DNA of 64,000 nucleotides from Candidatus Heimdallarchaeota archaeon (GCA_021399345.1 JAAFKI010000112.1:64001-128000); one strand, 5' to 3'. Positions 34,803 through 45,601 are shown, numbered from the stretch's first letter. Program-made: numbers and translations. Notes: a model not told the origin generated them from the sequence alone.

Positions 34803-35843
34803 TTACTTCTTCACAATTTTTCTACTTAACAATGTTATTGCTAAAACTGATACTGAAGTAATTGTCACTATTTCGATTACTCCAAAACCTGCTTTATCAA
34901 TTACAGGATCTTCTAATGTTCCAACTGAAGGGTCATATGTTACTTCATCATCAAAGTGCTCAAAGCTCAAGTATGTTTGGACAGAACCATCGCCTAAGGA
35001 AGAGACTGAACAATTAACTGTCTTGTATTCATAAGAATTGTTAATCAAGTATTGGGCTTGATTTGCATAAGCGAAGAATGCTTGGTATTGTTCTTCACCA
35101 ATAGAGATCTGCTCTTTTACTGCGTCTCCATGGTTGAGTACTTTGTATTCATAGCCGGTTGTGTTTTCATTTGCGTTTATAGGATTACCATTAGTATCGT
35201 TGAGTCTATAATTGTATGCTGTATTCATTGGTATGAAATCGAATCGTAATGCAAGGTTTGAATCTTCTCTTTGCCATGGCCAATTATCCATGATAATATC
35301 AAATTTCATCTCTTGACCACCCTTTAATTCATATCCATCGATTACTTGATCAGCTAGATATAGATGAACAACAATTGTGATCTCAAAATCACCATAATTA
35401 GGTGCATTGATTGTTTCAGAAGTATAGTTGAAATGAACAGCAGATAGTTCTTCAGTTCCTTCAGTATATTCAACATCAAAACCACTGAAAATGAATCTTA
35501 CACTTGATAATGGGAGTGTGTTTGAGAATACTGGACCTGGTGGAGCTTCTTCCTTCCATAAACCTGTTTCATTAAACTGGAATACTCCATCTTCATTATA
35601 ATCTAGATATTCAGTAAGTGAATGGAACATAACATTGTATTCAAATCCTGCATCTGTCATAAATTGGAATTTAGGAACTTGCCCTCCAGCTTTGGCAATA
35701 AAGTGCATGTCATAATAAGAAAATGTCACTTGGTTGTTATCTTCTATCCATAAGAAGTCTTGATCATCTGCACTTACTTGAGTAACTACAAGTAATGCTA
35801 GAAACGCTAAACCGATTGTTATTTTGATTGCTTTGTGTTTCAT
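34803..35843 (-). CDS. Secreted, C-terminally anchored surface glycoprotein of unknown function
   Basis: Signal peptide, several NxS/T sequons, KFDIIMDNWPW, YDPSVG, C-terminal TM helix and basic tail. Confidence 0.75.
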   Translation of the reverse strand: MKHKAIKITIGLAFLALLVVTQVSADDQDFLWIEDNNQVTFSYYDMHFIAKAGGQVPKFQFMTDAGFEYNVMFHSLTEYLDYNEDGVFQFNETGLWKEEAPPGPVFSNTLPLSSVRFIFSGFDVEYTEGTEELSAVHFNYTSETINAPNYGDFEITIVVHLYLADQVIDGYELKGGQEMKFDIIMDNWPWQREDSNLALRFDFIPMNTAYNYRLNDTNGNPINANENTTGYEYKVLNHGDAVKEQISIGEEQYQAFFAYANQAQYLINNSYEYKTVNCSVSSLGDGSVQTYLSFEHFDDEVTYDPSVGTLEDPVIDKAGFGVIEIVTITSVSVLAITLLSRKIVKK

Positions 35844-35966
35844 TTTTGCTCAGCATTTCTTATTCTTCCCTTTTTGAATAGGTTCTCATTTATACAACCA
35901 AAGTTTGATTACTTTAGAAAACTAAAGTTAGTGAAAATAAGAAAAAAAGAAGAAAATAACATAACA

Positions 35967-37334
35967 TTATGTTATGCTCATATCTAAAGTTAGAAAGGCA
36001 TGAGAATCTGAGATAGACCAGTAAACAGGAGGAAGTGGATAGCCATATAGTGGAAACATCCAATAATTTGTCCCTACTATAGCCATAGTTCCATAACCTG
36101 CCACATTTAGATAGAGAAGGTCATCTTCTAGTGGTGGGAATTCAGATTTCGCAATTTTGAACTCAAACATCCTATGATCTTCTGCACAATTTTCACTAGA
36201 ACCATAAGAATAACCAATATCATAGTTTCCAGAAGCAATGGTGTTACCAACTATCGATGCTATGTCACCCCCTGTGATTCTAAGTGAAAGTTTATCGATT
36301 TGGAGTTCATATGCAGTTGGAACTACATCTTCATCATTCCAGCAGTGAATTGTGAAATAAAACATTCCATTTGAAGCATTGATATTATTATGATTGAGGT
36401 CTACTGAACCGCTTACTATTGTATCTGCAGCGAAACTTATTTCGTTAACATCATTTAGAAATGTACCTTCACTCATGTTTCCTGGTATTCCACCGTGTTC
36501 TGCAAAAGAGCAATAAAACTCATCAGGTACTCCAAAGTGTCCTACTGGATTTGAGGTTAAATTAGCTTTTAGTCTATATTCTAAATCCATATCAGTTACA
36601 CTTGCCATGAACAATCCAATTATTTCATCTGGGATCTTTTCAGTGATATTGACTCCAAATTGGATATCTAAGAAGTCTCCTGCCAACCAAAATCCACCAC
36701 TCTCATAATTATAAGAACTTCCTGTATAGTTGCTGTTATCATATTCTGTCCAGAAATCATAAAAATCTCCAGTTGTATTTCCTCTAAGTACTTCTAATGT
36801 ATCCATTTCTGGTACAATCGGGATATCTGGGTAAACATGTGTGCTAGGAATTGGATTTAATTCAAAATCGAACACATTATCACCACTTACATTATAGAAT
36901 AAATACTCATATCCATAATCTTCTAATGAAAACAAAGCGAGTTTCGAATCCCAAGTATCAGGTAAACGATTTGCTAAGTGAAAAGCAAGCCATTCACCGT
37001 CTTCATTATTCGTTCTGTCAGAACATAAGTCTAATGCAATATAGTAGAAATCATCATCTTCCGCTACCGAAAGGTAATTCCATCCATCTACATTGGCCAA
37101 GTCTACGACTGGATCAATTTCATTATCTATATCTAAGTAAAATGGTATATTATAGTACGAACTTTGTAACCATTCACGTTTCTCAATTACACCATCAATT
37201 GTTGGAGTAATTTTAGCTGGGTCACTATTAAACTGCCAATCATTCCCCATTAGCCATCCTACAAAGAAAGCACCCCCACCAATAGCTAAAACAAGGACAA
37301 TTGCAGTTACTTTAATACTTGAACTTTTTGACAT
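35967..37334 (-). CDS. Membrane-anchored acidic extracellular protein (possible CBM9/DOMON-like domain)
   Basis: N-terminal TM helix, TPTIDGVI...EW, FYYIALD and HRMFEFKI. Confidence 0.65.
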   Translation of the reverse strand: MSKSSSIKVTAIVLVLAIGGGAFFVGWLMGNDWQFNSDPAKITPTIDGVIEKREWLQSSYYNIPFYLDIDNEIDPVVDLANVDGWNYLSVAEDDDFYYIALDLCSDRTNNEDGEWLAFHLANRLPDTWDSKLALFSLEDYGYEYLFYNVSGDNVFDFELNPIPSTHVYPDIPIVPEMDTLEVLRGNTTGDFYDFWTEYDNSNYTGSSYNYESGGFWLAGDFLDIQFGVNITEKIPDEIIGLFMASVTDMDLEYRLKANLTSNPVGHFGVPDEFYCSFAEHGGIPGNMSEGTFLNDVNEISFAADTIVSGSVDLNHNNINASNGMFYFTIHCWNDEDVVPTAYELQIDKLSLRITGGDIASIVGNTIASGNYDIGYSYGSSENCAEDHRMFEFKIAKSEFPPLEDDLLYLNVAGYGTMAIVGTNYWMFPLYGYPLPPVYWSISDSHAFLTLDMSIT

Positions 37335-37468
37335 ATTTTTGACCTTTTTTATTTTTTAACCTTTTTAATTTGTAAAAAGATAGATACAATTATAGCGAGA
37401 GATGATATATACTTTTCCCAAAATTTTAAGCCTAGATAATGCGAAAGTCATAAAAGAGGGGAAAGGAA

Positions 37469-38167
37469 ATGAAATTGATGAAGAAAATAGGTATAATAGG
37501 TGGACTGAGTGCTGAATCTACTATTGAGTATTATAAGATACTAATCAAGGAATATAACAAACGAAAAGGGGGAAAGTCTTCACCTCTACTCATAATAGAT
37601 AGTCTAGATTTAGAAGAAGCTGTAAATTTAATGAGTAATAACGATTGGGATGGAGTTTTTAATATCATTTTCCAATCTGCTAAAAATCTAGAACATGCAG
37701 GTGCAGAAGTTATCATCATTGCAACCAATACCATTCACAAAGTCTTTGAAAGATTACAAAAGAAAATCAAGACCCCGATGATTAGTATATTGGATGTAAC
37801 TGCAGAAGCTGCTAAATCCAAAAATCTGAAGAAAATAGGTCTTTTGGGGACAATTTTCACAATGCAATCAGATTTCTTTCAAAAAGCATTCCAAAGATAT
37901 AATCTAGAAATTATTGTACCTAACCAAGAAGATCAAGAATTTATTAATGAAATCATTTTCAACGAACTGACGTTTAATATAATAAAGTCTGAATCTAAAA
38001 GAGGATATCTAGAAGTAATTGAAAGATTACAACAAGAGGGAGCTGAAGGAGTTATCCTAGGATGTACTGAAATCCCCTTATTAATTAAGCAGAAAGACAG
38101 TCCCATACCTGTATTTGACACAACCACCCTTCATGCAATGGCTGCTCTAGAATATGCAATGAAGTAA
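37469..38167 (+). CDS. Aspartate/glutamate racemase family (YgeA/RacX-like; Thr/Cys active site)
   Basis: IGIIGGLS..ST, ATNTIH, GLLGT and ILGCTEIP. Confidence 0.9.
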   Translation: MKLMKKIGIIGGLSAESTIEYYKILIKEYNKRKGGKSSPLLIIDSLDLEEAVNLMSNNDWDGVFNIIFQSAKNLEHAGAEVIIIATNTIHKVFERLQKKIKTPMISILDVTAEAAKSKNLKKIGLLGTIFTMQSDFFQKAFQRYNLEIIVPNQEDQEFINEIIFNELTFNIIKSESKRGYLEVIERLQQEGAEGVILGCTEIPLLIKQKDSPIPVFDTTTLHAMAALEYAMK

Positions 38168-38276
38168 GATTCTCTTTCAAATACATTTATCCGGCATTAC
38201 TCATATTTTACTACTAAAACAAGATATAAATACATTTCAACTCTCTGTAGCTTACTTATAGTGAAATCTCTACATA

Positions 38277-38699
38277 GTGATAACTCAAAATGACATGGTG
38301 AACATAATGACTGCTGAAACTGTGGAGTTGAAATTCGATCAAGAAGAGATAGATAAAGCTGAGGAAGAATACAAGAAGCTTCATCTAGATCCTGCTCAAC
38401 AAGACATGGTTGACTCCATAACAAAAATCATGAATGAACTGGTGCCAATACCTGAAGCAGCTATTAAGGGATTCACATGGAAAGTCATGAGTAATTGGCA
38501 GAGGATGCGTAGAATTACAATAGCCGAGTTAAATAATAGACCTCTAAGAGATAGAATAGAGGTAACTAAAGAGATGATTAAGCAAGCAAAGAAATTTTTT
38601 GTTAGTCTTCTTTCAGAATCTACACCTGAGCAGAGAGAGATACTGGAAAGAAAGTTTGATACGGTTTTAAAACAAAGCTCAGAGTTATTGAAAAATTAG
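38277..38699 (+). CDS. Hypothetical alpha-helical protein
   Basis: 140-aa ORF with normal composition, convergent with the TPR gene. Confidence 0.65.
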   Translation: MITQNDMVNIMTAETVELKFDQEEIDKAEEEYKKLHLDPAQQDMVDSITKIMNELVPIPEAAIKGFTWKVMSNWQRMRRITIAELNNRPLRDRIEVTKEMIKQAKKFFVSLLSESTPEQREILERKFDTVLKQSSELLKN

Positions 38700-40642
38700 A
38701 CAAAGATTGATTCTAAATAATCAGATAATCTTGTTCTGTCAGACAAACTCAGTTCTTGATTGGAGTTTATTTTTGTGCTTAAATCACCCCAGATTTCTGA
38801 AAATGTGCTAAAATCAGTGATAAGTTTCTTTATTTTCTGTACAGCAGAATAAGATTTACCAACAAAGACATAACTAAGTAGCATATTTTCACTGTGATAA
38901 AGAACTATGCCAAAATTCCTAAATTGAAGACGATAAGAAGTGTTTTTATCAGGTTCTTTTTCTTCTAGAAAGTCATGTATTGTAGTTATTATCCCCTCAA
39001 CTAAATCATTTTCTAGAGGAATATCTTCAAAATTATCTGAAAAGACAACATGACCAGTTTTATCCATAATCAGGAAAATACTTGGATCTTCAATTTCATG
39101 AGAAACATCTGCAAAGCTTATTCTATTCTTAATTAGCTTATTCATCATATCCTCTAAATGAGTTAACTCCATACGATCAGCAATATTTGGAAGTTTAGTA
39201 GTGAAACTTTCCCAGCTGCTAATTTGTTCTAGAAGATGATCGTATTCATTAGAAATTAGTGTCGCTAAGCGAGTTATACCTTTTTCATCTGCAATATTTT
39301 GGGCTTTTTCTAACATTATTTTTGCTTCTTCAATTTTAAGTTCTATTAGTGCTAAATGAGATTTGAGCATATAGGTTTCAGCAAGTAAAACCGATGATTT
39401 CTGCTTTTTTGCAAGTTCATCTAGTTGATTTATAGTTTGTTTAAGAGGTAAAAGCAATTCTAAATCGTTGGTCTGTTTCAATCTTCGAAGATAAAAATCA
39501 CATAAATGAAATAAAGCCATCCTGTTCATTTCTATATAAATCAACTTCTCTTGAACAATCTCCTTCAACATTTTTTCTATTTTATCTTGATTATCATCAA
39601 AAGAACGCGCTTTAAGATAGATAGATTGAGCTAGATTGTAAATATGCACTAAGGGATAGCTTTCAACACTTGCATCTTGCAAACTTCTAATAGTAGCGAC
39701 TATTTCCATTTTTTCTAAGTTTTGTTTTATATCTTCGTATTTTCCTTGTTCAAGATAAACTAAATTTGTTCTGAAAAGTACAGCAAGATAATGTCTATTT
39801 CCAAAAAGCTTCCCTCTTTTTATTTGCCCTAACGATTTCTTATAATATTGTAATGAAGTTTCCAATTCCCCTTTTTGCCAATAATAGAACCCTAAATCAG
39901 CATATATTGCACCCAAGCTGTAAGAAGAATCAATCTCTTCCGCATATGATAGTGCCTTCAATGAGTATCTAAGATATTCGTCTAGTTCTCCTTTTTGAAT
40001 AAAAACTGCTGCAATATTAGTTGTACATGCAATAATTCCCACAATATTACCTAGTTCTGTAAAAATCTTCAAACTTTGATTATAATAATTCCCACTCTTA
40101 GAATAATCCCCCTGTTCAAAAAAAGCATAAGCTTTGCCAAATAGATGCCAAGCTTTCTGATACTCGTCTCCTACTTGTTCAAATATATCTATAGCTTGAT
40201 CTATTTTATCCATGTATTTTTCTGATCTACTACTAATCCCAAATGTAAGAATTCTTGCTTTCCTTTTGAGATATTCTGGTGATTCTTTATCCTTGTATTT
40301 TTCAAGAACTTCTATTGCATGCTTCATTTTTTCGCTAGCTGATTCGCCTATGCCTAAGTAGCTAGAGGATCGAGCATAAGCCATAGCTGAATCGAAAATT
40401 AAGAATGTATCACCGATTTTGACACTTTTTTCATAAGCTTGTTTAGCATTTTCTAATGCCTCAGAGAATGGTTGAATATCGAGAAATATTTTTGCTTTGA
40501 GGATTTTTGCTTGAATAATTTCTTCTTCAAGAAGTTCCTTTCTTTTCAGAAGATTATTCAATTGTTTTAGAGATTCTTGATACTTACTGCTAATAATTAA
40601 TTGTTCTATTTCTTTTAGTTCAGTAGAAAATACCCCTTTCAT
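38696..40642 (-). CDS. TPR-repeat protein with a C-terminal longin/roadblock-like domain (paralog C)
   Basis: Same N-terminus as 27960 (MKG[IV]F..EL.EIE.LI), SNEYDHLLEQISSW and YVFVGKSY. Confidence 0.8.
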   Translation of the reverse strand: MKGVFSTELKEIEQLIISSKYQESLKQLNNLLKRKELLEEEIIQAKILKAKIFLDIQPFSEALENAKQAYEKSVKIGDTFLIFDSAMAYARSSSYLGIGESASEKMKHAIEVLEKYKDKESPEYLKRKARILTFGISSRSEKYMDKIDQAIDIFEQVGDEYQKAWHLFGKAYAFFEQGDYSKSGNYYNQSLKIFTELGNIVGIIACTTNIAAVFIQKGELDEYLRYSLKALSYAEEIDSSYSLGAIYADLGFYYWQKGELETSLQYYKKSLGQIKRGKLFGNRHYLAVLFRTNLVYLEQGKYEDIKQNLEKMEIVATIRSLQDASVESYPLVHIYNLAQSIYLKARSFDDNQDKIEKMLKEIVQEKLIYIEMNRMALFHLCDFYLRRLKQTNDLELLLPLKQTINQLDELAKKQKSSVLLAETYMLKSHLALIELKIEEAKIMLEKAQNIADEKGITRLATLISNEYDHLLEQISSWESFTTKLPNIADRMELTHLEDMMNKLIKNRISFADVSHEIEDPSIFLIMDKTGHVVFSDNFEDIPLENDLVEGIITTIHDFLEEKEPDKNTSYRLQFRNFGIVLYHSENMLLSYVFVGKSYSAVQKIKKLITDFSTFSEIWGDLSTKINSNQELSLSDRTRLSDYLESIFV

Positions 40643-40783
40643 GTTCTCACTTCATAATCTCAAATTGCTTATAGTAATTCTTCACTTCTTATTAGTTTTT
40701 TGTAAAAATCTAGAATCTTAAGGATGTGTTCATGAAAAAGATTAAAACTAAGCCAATAGACTTCTCTTCATAAGGTATTTACA

Positions 40784-42244
40784 ATGACTAATTCCTCCGA
40801 CATAATTCACTGGATTGATGCTAATCAACAAAGATTCATAGATATTTCTGATAAAATCTGGGAATATGCAGAAATTCGCTTTGAAGAAATCAAATCTGCT
40901 AAGCTGCAAATCAAGGTTTTGGAAGAGGAAGGTTTTGAAGTTACTAAAGGTGTAGCAGATATGCCTACAGCTTTTGTTGCTTCTTATGGAGAAGAAGGAC
41001 CTATTATAGCTGTTTTAGGTGAATACGACGCCTTATCAGGTTTAAGTCAAAAATCAGGAGTATTTGAAAAAACTCCTGTGGAAGAAGGAGCTAGTGGTCA
41101 TGGCTGTGGTCATAATCTACTTGGAGCAGGGAGTCTAGCAGCTGCGATCGCTGTTAAACACTATCTTGAATCTCATAAAATTCCAGGTATCATTCAATAT
41201 TATGGATGTCCTGGGGAGGAAGGTGGATCTGGCAAAACATACATGGTTAGAGAAGGATTATTCGATGCTGTTGATATTGCTTTGTGTTGGCATCCCTTTA
41301 GTACAAACTTCATATTCAACTTATCTAGTTTATCCAATATTCAAGTATACTTCCGTTTTAAGGGTATAAGTGCCCATGCAGCAGCAGCACCTCATATGGG
41401 TCGATCGGCTTTGGATGCAGTTGAACTCATGAATATAGGTGCGAACTACTTACGAGAGCATATTATAACTCAGGCTAGATTGCATTACGCTATCACAAAT
41501 ACAGGAGGAAATGCGCCTAATGTAGTCCAAGCAGATGCCGAAGTATTGTATTTAATTCGTGCTCCGACTTCTTCACAAACAAAAGAAATTTACGAAAGGG
41601 TGAAAAAAATAGCTAAAGGAGCAGCATTAATGACAGAAACTGAAGTTGAGATAATCTTCGATAAAGCTGCATCTAATCTTATACCAAATAATGTTGTAGG
41701 GGAAGTACTATTTGAGAAATTCAAAGAAGTGGGAGCCCCCCAATATACAGAAGAAGAAATAGAATTCGGTAAGAAACTTCGTCAAACCTTCAATGAAGGA
41801 GAACTTCCTGAACTAAACACATTTGGAGCATTTAAAGAAGAACTGGGAGAAGATATGATTGAAAAGATCAAAACTAAAATTATCTTTGATGCTATCCTCC
41901 CAAATACTTTACCAGAGTTTACTCTTCCTGGTTCAACTGATGTAGGGGATGTAAGCTGGGTAGTACCGACTTCACAAATAGGAACATCTTGTGTCATTTT
42001 AGGCACTCCCGGTCATTCTTGGCAAGAGGTAACTCAATGTACAACTAGTATAAGCCACAAAGGAATGATAGCAGCTGCAAAAGTGATGTCTTTAACAGCA
42101 TTGGAGTTTATGGAAAATGTTGAACTTGTTAATGAGGCCAAAGCTGAATTGAAAAAGAGACTAGGTTCAACAAAATATGAGTCTCCAATTGCATCTGAAG
42201 TAAAACCAAATGTCCCTGAATGGGTTTATGAAGCAATGAAATAG
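40784..42244 (+). CDS. abgB: M20 amidohydrolase, p-aminobenzoyl-glutamate hydrolase subunit B-like
   Basis: GEYDAL, GHGCGHNLLG, PGEEGGSGK, HAAAAPHMGRSALD, GSTDVGDVSW and HSWQ. Confidence 0.82.
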   Translation: MTNSSDIIHWIDANQQRFIDISDKIWEYAEIRFEEIKSAKLQIKVLEEEGFEVTKGVADMPTAFVASYGEEGPIIAVLGEYDALSGLSQKSGVFEKTPVEEGASGHGCGHNLLGAGSLAAAIAVKHYLESHKIPGIIQYYGCPGEEGGSGKTYMVREGLFDAVDIALCWHPFSTNFIFNLSSLSNIQVYFRFKGISAHAAAAPHMGRSALDAVELMNIGANYLREHIITQARLHYAITNTGGNAPNVVQADAEVLYLIRAPTSSQTKEIYERVKKIAKGAALMTETEVEIIFDKAASNLIPNNVVGEVLFEKFKEVGAPQYTEEEIEFGKKLRQTFNEGELPELNTFGAFKEELGEDMIEKIKTKIIFDAILPNTLPEFTLPGSTDVGDVSWVVPTSQIGTSCVILGTPGHSWQEVTQCTTSISHKGMIAAAKVMSLTALEFMENVELVNEAKAELKKRLGSTKYESPIASEVKPNVPEWVYEAMK

Positions 42245-42299
42245 TACATAGAACCCAATAGACGATAGAAAACGAGATCTACATCTAGGTACTTGAATC

Positions 42300-42587
42300 T
42301 TAGTTGGAAAGTTGTTTAATTACATCAAAAATTCTAACTTCTGGCAATCCTACTAAATCATAAACTTCCTTAATGCTTTTTACTAATTCGGAAGTTCGAA
42401 AATTATTCAAATTGGTCTCATTGTCAAAGAACATAATACTTCCATATTGATTTATTCGTTCATCTTTCATATAGACAATCTGTGTTAATCCTGGTACATC
42501 CTTGTATTGACTTTCCCTAGACTCTGCTAATTTCATTATCTCGTCAAATGACATATTACTTCTAAAGTGATAAGTAAGCACTTTCAT
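42300..42587 (-). CDS. YdhR/ABM-like dimeric alpha-beta barrel protein
   Basis: YKDVPGL...YGSIMFFD pattern. Confidence 0.65.
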   Translation of the reverse strand: MKVLTYHFRSNMSFDEIMKLAESRESQYKDVPGLTQIVYMKDERINQYGSIMFFDNETNLNNFRTSELVKSIKEVYDLVGLPEVRIFDVIKQLSN

Positions 42588-42691
42588 AAAGAGACTTAGT
42601 TCGTTTTTTCTTTTTAATGTAGTTATTTACCAAAAAATAGATTTTTGTTAATCCACAACACTCATAATTTGTGATTGGGAGAATTATCAAT

Positions 42692-42886
42692 ATGAGTGAA
42701 CAGACTAAATTACTAAAAACATGCTGTGGGGGAGAACTTCCTGCAAAAGAAGTCACAACGATCTATAAAGGTAAGAAATTGTTTTTTTGCGATACACCTT
42801 GCTTAGATCTTTTCATAAAAAATCCTGAAAGGTTTTTGGCTTCGACTCATTTTCGTCTTAATTTTGAAGAACTAGAAGATGAGTAA
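42692..42886 (+). CDS. YHS/TRASH-domain small metal-binding protein
   Basis: CCG...YKGKKLFFCDTPCLDLFIKNPERF. Confidence 0.8.
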   Translation: MSEQTKLLKTCCGGELPAKEVTTIYKGKKLFFCDTPCLDLFIKNPERFLASTHFRLNFEELEDE

Positions 42887-42936
42887 AGCAAGTTTACTAA
42901 CTGAAGAAATTTTATCAATATAAAAAGAAAAAAAGA

Positions 42937-44235
42937 TCATCCATAAATTGATGTATCTGCGAATGTTTCAGGAAAGTCTTCGTCTTCGAAATCTTCTGGT
43001 TTCTGACTTGGTGAAGATTTTTTATCTTGTGAAGGTTTAGTCTTAGGAAATCGACCATGTCTTTCACGATCTTGTTCTCTTTCTTGTTTGTATAAGTAAT
43101 ATCTTCGGATGTCTTTCTTCATAAACATCTCAATACGTCTAATCATATTCCTTTCTTCGCCATCTATTAGAGAGATTGCGACACCTGCTCTTTCCATCCT
43201 TGAAGTTCTTCCTATTCTATGAATATAATTTTCAGGATTTCCGATAGGTAGATCATAATTGAAGATATGAGAAACGTGAGGGATGTCTAATCCTCTTGCT
43301 GCGACATCTGTAGCAATAAGACATGTGATTTTATCTTTTCTAAACTCTCGCATAGAAATTTCTCTTTGTCTTTGTGACATATCTCCCTGAAGCGCACCTA
43401 CCCTCATATGGATTCTTTTATCGTTGGTCAGTTTTCGCTCCAGGTTTGCACCCCATCTTTTAGTATTAACAAAAACAATACTTGATTTTGGTTTTTCTCT
43501 TAATAGAATATTAACAAAGGAGTTGTATTTTTTCTTAGGATCCGGTACTTCATAGTAATATTGTTTGCAAGAACCTACAGTCAAATCATCTCTACTAACA
43601 TCTATCTCTACGATGTTCTCTTCTAAACTATAATCAAGCATTATGTCTTTTACTTCAGGTAGCATAGTAGCTGAGAACAGAAGAAATCTAGGGTAGACAT
43701 CTTTCATTGCTTCAAATAGAATATAATTAACATCTGGGAGAAATCCCATATCGAGCATGCGATCAGCCTCGTCAAGTACTACAAAACTCACTTCTCTGAA
43801 AGAAATTGCTTTTCTATTGAATAAATCTATTAGTCTTCCAGGAGTGGCTACAACAATCTGAGCTCCTGAGCGGATATTTTCTATTTGTCTGTTGATGGAA
43901 ACTCCTCCATAAACCTCAACAGCTTTTAATCTTCTATGTGTATTCAGTTTGGTAATTACTGTATAAACTTGTTTACATAACTCTCTTGTAGGAACTAAAA
44001 TTACTGCTTGAACTTTTCTTAGTGTGGGGTCGAGTTCTTCGGTAATTGGTATAGCGAAAGCTAATGTCTTTCCTGTACCTGTTTTAGCTTGCGATAAAAT
44101 ATGTGTTTTTTCTCCCTTTAGTATCTCGGGAATAGCTTTTTCTTGAATATCTGTGGGTGTATGAATTCCCATTTCTTGTAAAGCTTGCTTTATTTGGTCA
44201 TTAATCTTGTAATCTTTAAATTTCATTAGTATCAT
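42937..44235 (-). CDS. DEAD-box RNA helicase, copy 2
   Basis: All DEAD-box motifs present; close paralog of 22866-24110. Confidence 0.95.
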   Translation of the reverse strand: MILMKFKDYKINDQIKQALQEMGIHTPTDIQEKAIPEILKGEKTHILSQAKTGTGKTLAFAIPITEELDPTLRKVQAVILVPTRELCKQVYTVITKLNTHRRLKAVEVYGGVSINRQIENIRSGAQIVVATPGRLIDLFNRKAISFREVSFVVLDEADRMLDMGFLPDVNYILFEAMKDVYPRFLLFSATMLPEVKDIMLDYSLEENIVEIDVSRDDLTVGSCKQYYYEVPDPKKKYNSFVNILLREKPKSSIVFVNTKRWGANLERKLTNDKRIHMRVGALQGDMSQRQREISMREFRKDKITCLIATDVAARGLDIPHVSHIFNYDLPIGNPENYIHRIGRTSRMERAGVAISLIDGEERNMIRRIEMFMKKDIRRYYLYKQEREQDRERHGRFPKTKPSQDKKSSPSQKPEDFEDEDFPETFADTSIYG

Positions 44236-44334
44236 TCGTGTATCTTTTTAATCAAACTAAGTATCATTATGACGAATGTTTTCGCTTCAAATTTTTTCAT
44301 AGTTTTAATTTTTGAACAAGATAGAAATTCTATT

Positions 44335-44388
44335 TTTCTTATCTTCTTCAACTCTAAGCTACTTAATTTTTCTAGCTTTAAAAGACTT
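44335..44388 (-). promoter_or_regulatory. Promoter and conserved leader motif of DEAD-box helicase copy 2
   Basis: Matches 24208-24261. Confidence 0.7.
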
Positions 44389-44479
44389 TGTTATTGCAAC
44401 TTTAAGAGCTAAACCTTCTAATACTGAAATTCATCAGAATGGAAAAATTTAGGAGAAAGAAAGAGGTCACTACATAATA

Positions 44480-44510
44480 CTTATAATTTGTACAGTATTC
44501 CAAGTACAAA
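44480..44510 (+). promoter_or_regulatory. Promoter of paralog 4: TATA box followed by a TTTGTAC-N10-GTACAAA palindrome
   Basis: CTTATAA then TTTGTAC (44487-44493) ... GTACAAA (44504-44510). Confidence 0.65.
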
Positions 44511-44524
44511 AAGTTGAATGAAGA

Positions 44525-44886
44525 ATGCCAGATATACCAAATAAAGAAAAACAAGAGATCAGAATATTGGCAGAGGATTTCAGTTGTTTAATTGCAACCC
44601 TTTCATTCAAAAAGGCTCTTATATCTTCTATGAAGTTTTCAAGTCTCTCTATAGTAGATCAGCTAGATGGAGATATTGTTTGATTTGTGGTAATATAGAT
44701 TTACCTACGGATTTTATCCATAAGGATCCAAACTACCCCCAAGTATCTTGTCACAAAATCCAGTCACTAATACCAACTTCTTGGATGAAACTAAGAGATT
44801 TCTTCATTAAAAGTAATTATAAGAAACTCCTCAAAGCAATGGGGGTTCAAAATGTAGAAAAAAAGACAACCAGTGCCTCTAATTAA
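44525..44886 (+). pseudogene. CxxCG zinc-binding family paralog 4, interrupted by a -1 frameshift near 44609-44625
   Basis: ATG 44525 gives MPDIPNKEKQEIRILAEDF...FKK; the -1 frame continues GSYIFYEVFKSLYSRSARWRYCLICG...TSWMKLRDFF. There is an A5 run at 44609-44613. Confidence 0.8.
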
Positions 44887-44913
44887 ATAAAATGTAAGAA
44901 TAATCCTTTAGAT

Positions 44914-45390
44914 TTAGGATGTCTCCCCAATTTTTATTGCTTCAGGCAATTTGTTTTCTTCTGCAACTGCAAATATTTCGCGTATTATTGGTATCTGATC
45001 CGGTTTGTCTGTTACTCCTGCATTTTCTAGAGCTCTTATATGCTTCTTTGACATGAAGAAGTCTCTCAGTTTATACCATGATGTAGTAATTAAAACAGGA
45101 AAACGATTCGTACCTAAAGTGCATTCATGGATTCTCTCTTTTAATTCAGATTTCTTCTCTTCTGAATACTTATCACCACCAAGCTCTCCATCATCAATCA
45201 TCAACTCGGTGGGTTCAATAATCCCACACTTAAGACAGAATTTCCACCTGGCAGATCTAATATACAGTGCTTCAAAAGTTTCTGAATAAACTAATAGCCC
45301 TTCATTGAAGGGAGATACCCATAATCCCATTGCATAGCGTCTTGCAATTGATTTTATAAATGATTTTTCAGCATTTGATATTTTTGGCAT
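44914..45390 (-). CDS. CxxCG...HxC zinc-binding family paralog 5
   Basis: True start ATG 45390 (MPKISNAEKSFIKSIARRYA); ARWKFCLKCG...HEC...FPVLITTSWYKLRDFFM. ATGTCGG half-site (45424-45430) beside its TATA box. Confidence 0.88.
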   Translation of the reverse strand: MPKISNAEKSFIKSIARRYAMGLWVSPFNEGLLVYSETFEALYIRSARWKFCLKCGIIEPTELMIDDGELGGDKYSEEKKSELKERIHECTLGTNRFPVLITTSWYKLRDFFMSKKHIRALENAGVTDKPDQIPIIREIFAVAEENKLPEAIKIGETS

Positions 45391-45601
45391 ACTACACCCC
45401 TTGCCATTATGATTGAATCCATACCGACATATTAAGGTATCTCTATAACCTCTGCATAGATATCCGAAGATATAATAGTGAATCTGAAAGCACTCTTCCA
45501 AAATAGGTAAATATGAGGTATATATTATGTAAAAAATAATTGATTCTCGTTTCAAGATTCAAAAAAAAAAATGAATTAAGGACTAATATTCAACATGATA
45601 C

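Noticed and set aside
45391-45555. N-terminal extensions in the ORF track (45555, 45826, 27839, 47470, 34082)
   Set aside because: Paralog alignment, RBS and TATA positions place the starts at 45390, 45751, 27800, 47458 and 34073; several extensions run through promoter or leader sequence.
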